The notes under the pieces were generated by a model that had not been told where the DNA came from, did not search any database, and saw only the letters and a list, made by a program, of their open reading frames with translations. Positions 59,237-64,000 of a stretch of DNA of 64,000 nucleotides are shown here, piece by piece. Source of the DNA: Phoronis australis. Lineage: Eukaryota > Animalia > Phoronida. A program made the translations under genes and the position numbers. Location of the stretch: the NCBI GenBank assembly GCA_002633005.1, contig NMRA01000334.1:276516-340515 (forward strand). Reading direction: 5' to 3'. Positions within the stretch are counted from its first letter, which is position 1. Every line of letters starts with the position of its first letter.

Positions 59237-61735
59237 AAAGGTAAGAACGAGTCAGTTTATGACAAATAGCCACCCGACCCACCACAAATTGCAACAAAAG
59301 GTTTTACAGTGATGCTCTACTGGGTATATTGACTCGTTAAGCAAGGTGATCGACATCGCTGATTTGATGAAATGTTACTGAGCGCTACCAGCAAGTTGAG
59401 ATCGCCAATGCCTTCTGCATCACAGTAAGATCTGAGTGAGTTGAAGTAGTCTGGGCCATTAAACCTAGTGGGTTTCTACAGAGATATTCGGTCTGATAAA
59501 TAAAAAGGATTAAAATTTTAAATTCTTAAACCGTCTCTGAAGTTAGAAAACGGCAGTGGGTATCCAGCATACGGAATGATTGCATATGATTGTCATTGGG
59601 CTCCGTGAGCCACGATATTACCATAATAGGAACGTTATAGCTCGTTGTAATCTACACAAATGTCTGCCACCACTGGTACATAACCAATAAACAATGGTTT
59701 TCGAATATAATGTACCTGCACGGTTCTTTTAAAGAGGCACCGAATGCCCAATGGACAGGCACCTTGCTAAAAAATAACAAAATAATTAAACTCTGAGATG
59801 TCATATGCAAGTACATGTTCAATATTTTACAGACTAAACTCAAATCAGATTGCGTCGTTCAAAACACGCCAGGCTACCTGCCAATGAAGTCAATCGGGTT
59901 TGAAAAGAAAGGTCATATTACTGTGAAGATGATTTGGTTGAGGTATGGCCAAAAAGCGCAGTGTCGGTATTTTTTTGAAAATCGAGTCGGTGGTGCGATT
60001 TACTTTTTATAGTTGCTTACATTAACATTAAGACGAACAAAATGGTATGGGATTTGCTTTTAGACGTCTTTTAGTAAATAATGGCGCTTCAAACCTTGTT
60101 TAACCTTGGTCACGTGCCTTTGTGCGCAACTTTCCAAATGAAAAATCACTCAAGACCCTGACGAAGCGAGGGCCGGGCCTTCTTTTTTCCTTTTCGTTGG
60201 TGAGATTACATTGTACATGTAGGTCTCAAAATGAGCAGTACAGACCAGAACCAGCAGCTTTGCTTTTTTGGCCTGAAGTAAAATAATGTTTGAGTTATGA
60301 ATGTGTTGGTTGCCTGAAATCAACTCGGCACCGTTACTGATAGCGGTGCCAGATAGATGCGAAGACGAAAGAATTTACGTGTGTTATTAAGTAGAAATGT
60401 GAACATGGTGTAACGCCCAAAATAGCGGTTTGTTTACAGAGTGACAAGGGCTGTGTCTGGCCCTCGGCGACGTTGTTCGCCGGCAACTTTTTATACAACG
60501 AAACAAATATCGTGAATTGAAAAACAGCTTAAAATTGAAGTTATTGGATGTGTTCCTGCATACAGGTCATTTTTTTGGCTACAAATATAGACATCAGGCT
60601 CATTGCCTCATGTGACATTTTACTACCTTAAATTATGCTCTACCTAAGAGTGTCAAGGTTTCAGTCAACTTTCTATTATAGTCAACCATAGCCAACTTAA
60701 AATATTTGAATAATATCAGTGTTTTGCACATTATACAGTGATGCAGATAATAAACTGCCATGCCCACCGGTTTGAATATAAACATAAAACCGTATTTTTG
60801 GTGACATGAAAACACAGCTTTTGTCACCTTTTTCTGATTTTTTGCCCAATTAGCACACGTATTTCTCGCTGAGGACGAAAGCTTTATTCAGATCGACTAT
60901 CATAAATGACACCCCATCATTTCAATGGGGTCGTCTGTCTGTCCTTCGCAACCATCGATACATGTGTACATCAAGTATCGTACATGTATACTGACGCTTG
61001 TCGATTGAACACATAAGGAGCAAATCCGTCGTATGTGACAACTAAACATATCTAGTTCCTATGAATTTTTTTAACTGAAAGCGGCCACATATTCCCACCT
61101 TCAACAGCAAAATTTGCTAAGATCAAACTGGTCAATAACACATTGTTCCTAATTCAAAGGCAGATGACATTTATGGACCTGAAGAGAACTGACACTACTG
61201 AGTTACGAACATTTTGTCCTGTCAGCACGCCATCTTTTAGTCACATCACGTGACCTAATGAATGCATGTAAAAATCCGAAAAGATTTCAGCCCCCGACCG
61301 GGACACGAACCCAAGACCATGCCGCGCCTCCGGTTAGCGTGCTGACAGGACAAAATGTTCGGAACATATTTCCACGCCTTACTGAAGAAGATACATCTAT
61401 AAACTGACGATTAGTTGATGCTCGAAAAAGGCTCCACAAGTCGACATTCACAAGGCGTGACAACCATTTATTCTTGAACTTGGTCTAGAGCGACAAATAA
61501 TTGTTAGCTTTTCTGAAGGTCAAACATCACTTCTCACATGAGTTAGGAACAAGTTCGGATAACACGTTTGCAGTGGCATGAACGTGGCATATCAAAATTT
61601 GGTTTCTTCGATCTAACGTGGGCACTTGGCTGCTTATTGTGGTTGATTTCACAGACGTACATGTACCTGAATGAAGTACTACCCGTTATGCAGAGCAAGA
61701 TTCAGTTAGTTTGGGGGTATGGAGTTTACCGGATA

Positions 61736-62342
61736 CATGCGCGCACCCAGGGGGGGGGGGGGGGGGGGCAGAAAGGCCCGCCNACATTGCCAGAAATTCG
61801 AGCCCCCATAAGGCTGGGTGCGCGCATGGGACATATAATATTTCCGGATCGTGTGCAGAATTCACGAGCAGCTCGAGTACGACATTTAAGGACCACAAGA
61901 TAAAATATCTTTTGTTCCAGTACGAGGTTAGGGGATCGCAGCATGGAATTTACGTGGTCGGGAGACGTCGACACGGCCACAGTATCCACCCACTCAAAGT
62001 TGAATGATCAAGAAATTTGCAATGTAGATAGAAAAGTTTGGGGCCCGTAGTTATAAATTCCTCAGTGTAGGTTGCCAACATGTACACTCGCGTGGCTTGG
62101 CATGTGCGCATCCAGCCTTTAATATGGTGGGCTCGTCGAATTTCTGACGAAGTGGACCTTTTCCTGACAAAAAAGCGGGAGGCCCACCTTCAGAACTGTG
62201 AAATGTGCGTCTGCTCCTTTTTAGTGGACTTTTGTCTCGTTTTCAGTCTCAGACTTTTTGTTTCTCTGAGGCGGACTTTTTGTCCACTTCGCCAAATAGG
62301 GGGATCGTTCAAGCCCCCCGAGACCCCCTGGGTGCGCGCATG
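61736..62342. mobile_element. MITE with TIR CATGCGCGCACCCAGGGGG
   Basis: Perfect ~19-bp terminal inverted repeats. Confidence 0.75.
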
Positions 62343-62614
62343 CTTTTGGAAATGAAGAAATTACAAAAAGCACGCGTAAATACTGAAACCGTGATAATAG
62401 CAACCTGGGCCTGACCAGTAATCTGGGACACATTTTGACAATGATAGTCAGTGTTAATACAGAAACAACGATAAGAATTCCGTTCTGGGCAACTTCCACG
62501 GGCATGTTCATAGAGAGCTAGGCACAGAGTATAGCATGTCAGCATCGGTTAAGCTGAGAATTTAGACGAGAGATCGATGCAAAGGAAATGCGCCAAGTGC
62601 GCGTTTTTCGGAAG

Positions 62615-62648
62615 ATGCCTGTTCGCGAGTATTCGCCGGCTGCAGTCG
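62615..62648 (+). CDS. Possible first coding exon of an unidentified gene
   Basis: CpG-rich patch; AAGATGCC start, MPVREYSPAAV, then a strong G|GTGAGT donor. No homology recognised. Confidence 0.2.
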
Positions 62649-64000
62649 GTGAGTAGTTGCCTTACGTAAAACACTCGCGTGTCATCCGCCCGAGGTAAAT
62701 ACTCACCCGGCTTTAAGGAGGAGAGGGGAGATAGGGCCCATTTAAAAAGCCATTATTTACATGCAGGTCTTATAGTACTTTTGAAGGTTTGGCTAAGCGA
62801 GTGGTTTGAGACATTTGCCTTCTTATTCACGTTCGAAGCGCCAGTCTCCCAAATTACTGTACATAAAACACAGGCGGATCTGGGGGGGGTGGGGTGGTTC
62901 AACGGGGCCCAGACCTCCCTTTATTCTTGACTTCAGTGATTTCAAATTTTCAAATTGTTGTTTTGGACCCCCTTTTAAAAAATCCTTGATCCGACCCCTC
63001 TTTTAAAAAATAAACTAGATCCGCTCCAGTCAAAGCTCCAGAAATATTTCTGTTGAGTGTCTAGCAGGTACGAGTGAAAAAAGTGAAGTCTAAAGCCAAT
63101 CCGAATTTCGGCGGCCATCTTATTGACACTGCACAATTCAATGGGCTACAAACTTGTCTTCCACAACAAAAACAAACGTTTGCTACAGACCACTAACTTG
63201 GTTTCAAATTGTTCATTGGTTCAGCGCCACGGTAGGTGTCACCGGACATTTTGAGATTTAGTGTACGTGTGGTGGCTATGAATGGCATTTTCTCATTTTT
63301 GTACCTGTTTAGAAACCAAAAATCCAGGTTGTCGTTCCCTTGACCTATTTGTCTCGCCAACTGCGGTTGTTCGTAATCACTCTGCCTCTTTTTGCGACGC
63401 CAAGTTTTGGCTGGGAATTCAGGTACCGCTAATACTTTTCAGATAAGCCCACCAAAAAGGGATGGTCGACAACCATTTTCTTCCCAATTTTTAAACTTGT
63501 ATTGTTTTTGCACTCTGAGCGTGTTTTTTTGCTGGTGCCTAGTAGTTGGATGCAAGTAGTGGTTTTGCCGAGGTTGAAAACTGCCAATTTTGTGTATTTT
63601 TGCTGGTCTTTTGGCACCGCCGTTTAGGTTTGCAGTAGGTATAAAAGCAAAAAAACGCAATTTGAATGCAAGTTTCTTAGACCGTAGGTAATGGTAAGTA
63701 CCTGCATGTTTCATGTTTTGTGATTTTGTTGTAAAAAAGAAAAAAAATGCTTTCCCTCAGCTCGAACCCTGCCTGGGGAGGTCAAAATGAGGGAAAACTG
63801 TTGAGTTCCACCTGACAACAACTTTTTCGACGCAAGTGTTTTAGTTAGACGAAGATGTTTATTTAACTGAACTAGGATTGGGCAATATATGACACAAACA
63901 ATCAAACATTATGCCTACAAACTTATACGTGAAGAGGTCAATGGTTACTACGATTTATGAATGAACTTTGTTTACTACGCATTACTACAGCAGCAGGCTT

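Overview
This is repeat-rich, intron-containing animal genomic DNA, probably from a marine invertebrate (mollusc-like is my inference from the repeat types); it has two assembly gaps. Two conserved multi-exon host genes lie tail-to-tail: TMEM209 (+, 15 coding exons, 33309-46612) and PDHB (-, 9 coding exons, 49346-56776). A small predicted 3-exon secreted WSC-domain gene lies at 11586-13927 (+). Mobile DNA includes a full-length but decayed Gypsy LTR retrotransposon (1923-7009) with unusual CGCCA..TGGCG LTR termini and a 3-bp TSD (Troyka-like), a CR1/L2-group LINE carrying a 2A (StopGo) peptide ahead of its endonuclease plus a 5'-truncated sibling, and a Penelope remnant with two inverted hammerhead-like motifs. 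There is also a TTAA-flanked palindromic element with a THAP-like start in both arms, a hAT-like MITE with a 6-bp TSD, a Helentron-type element, tRNA-derived SINE heads and many MITEs. Three minisatellites begin at or span splice donors. I found no convincingly new biological system; the best leads are these unusual element features and the small WSC gene. All calls come from reading the sequence by eye, with no database search.
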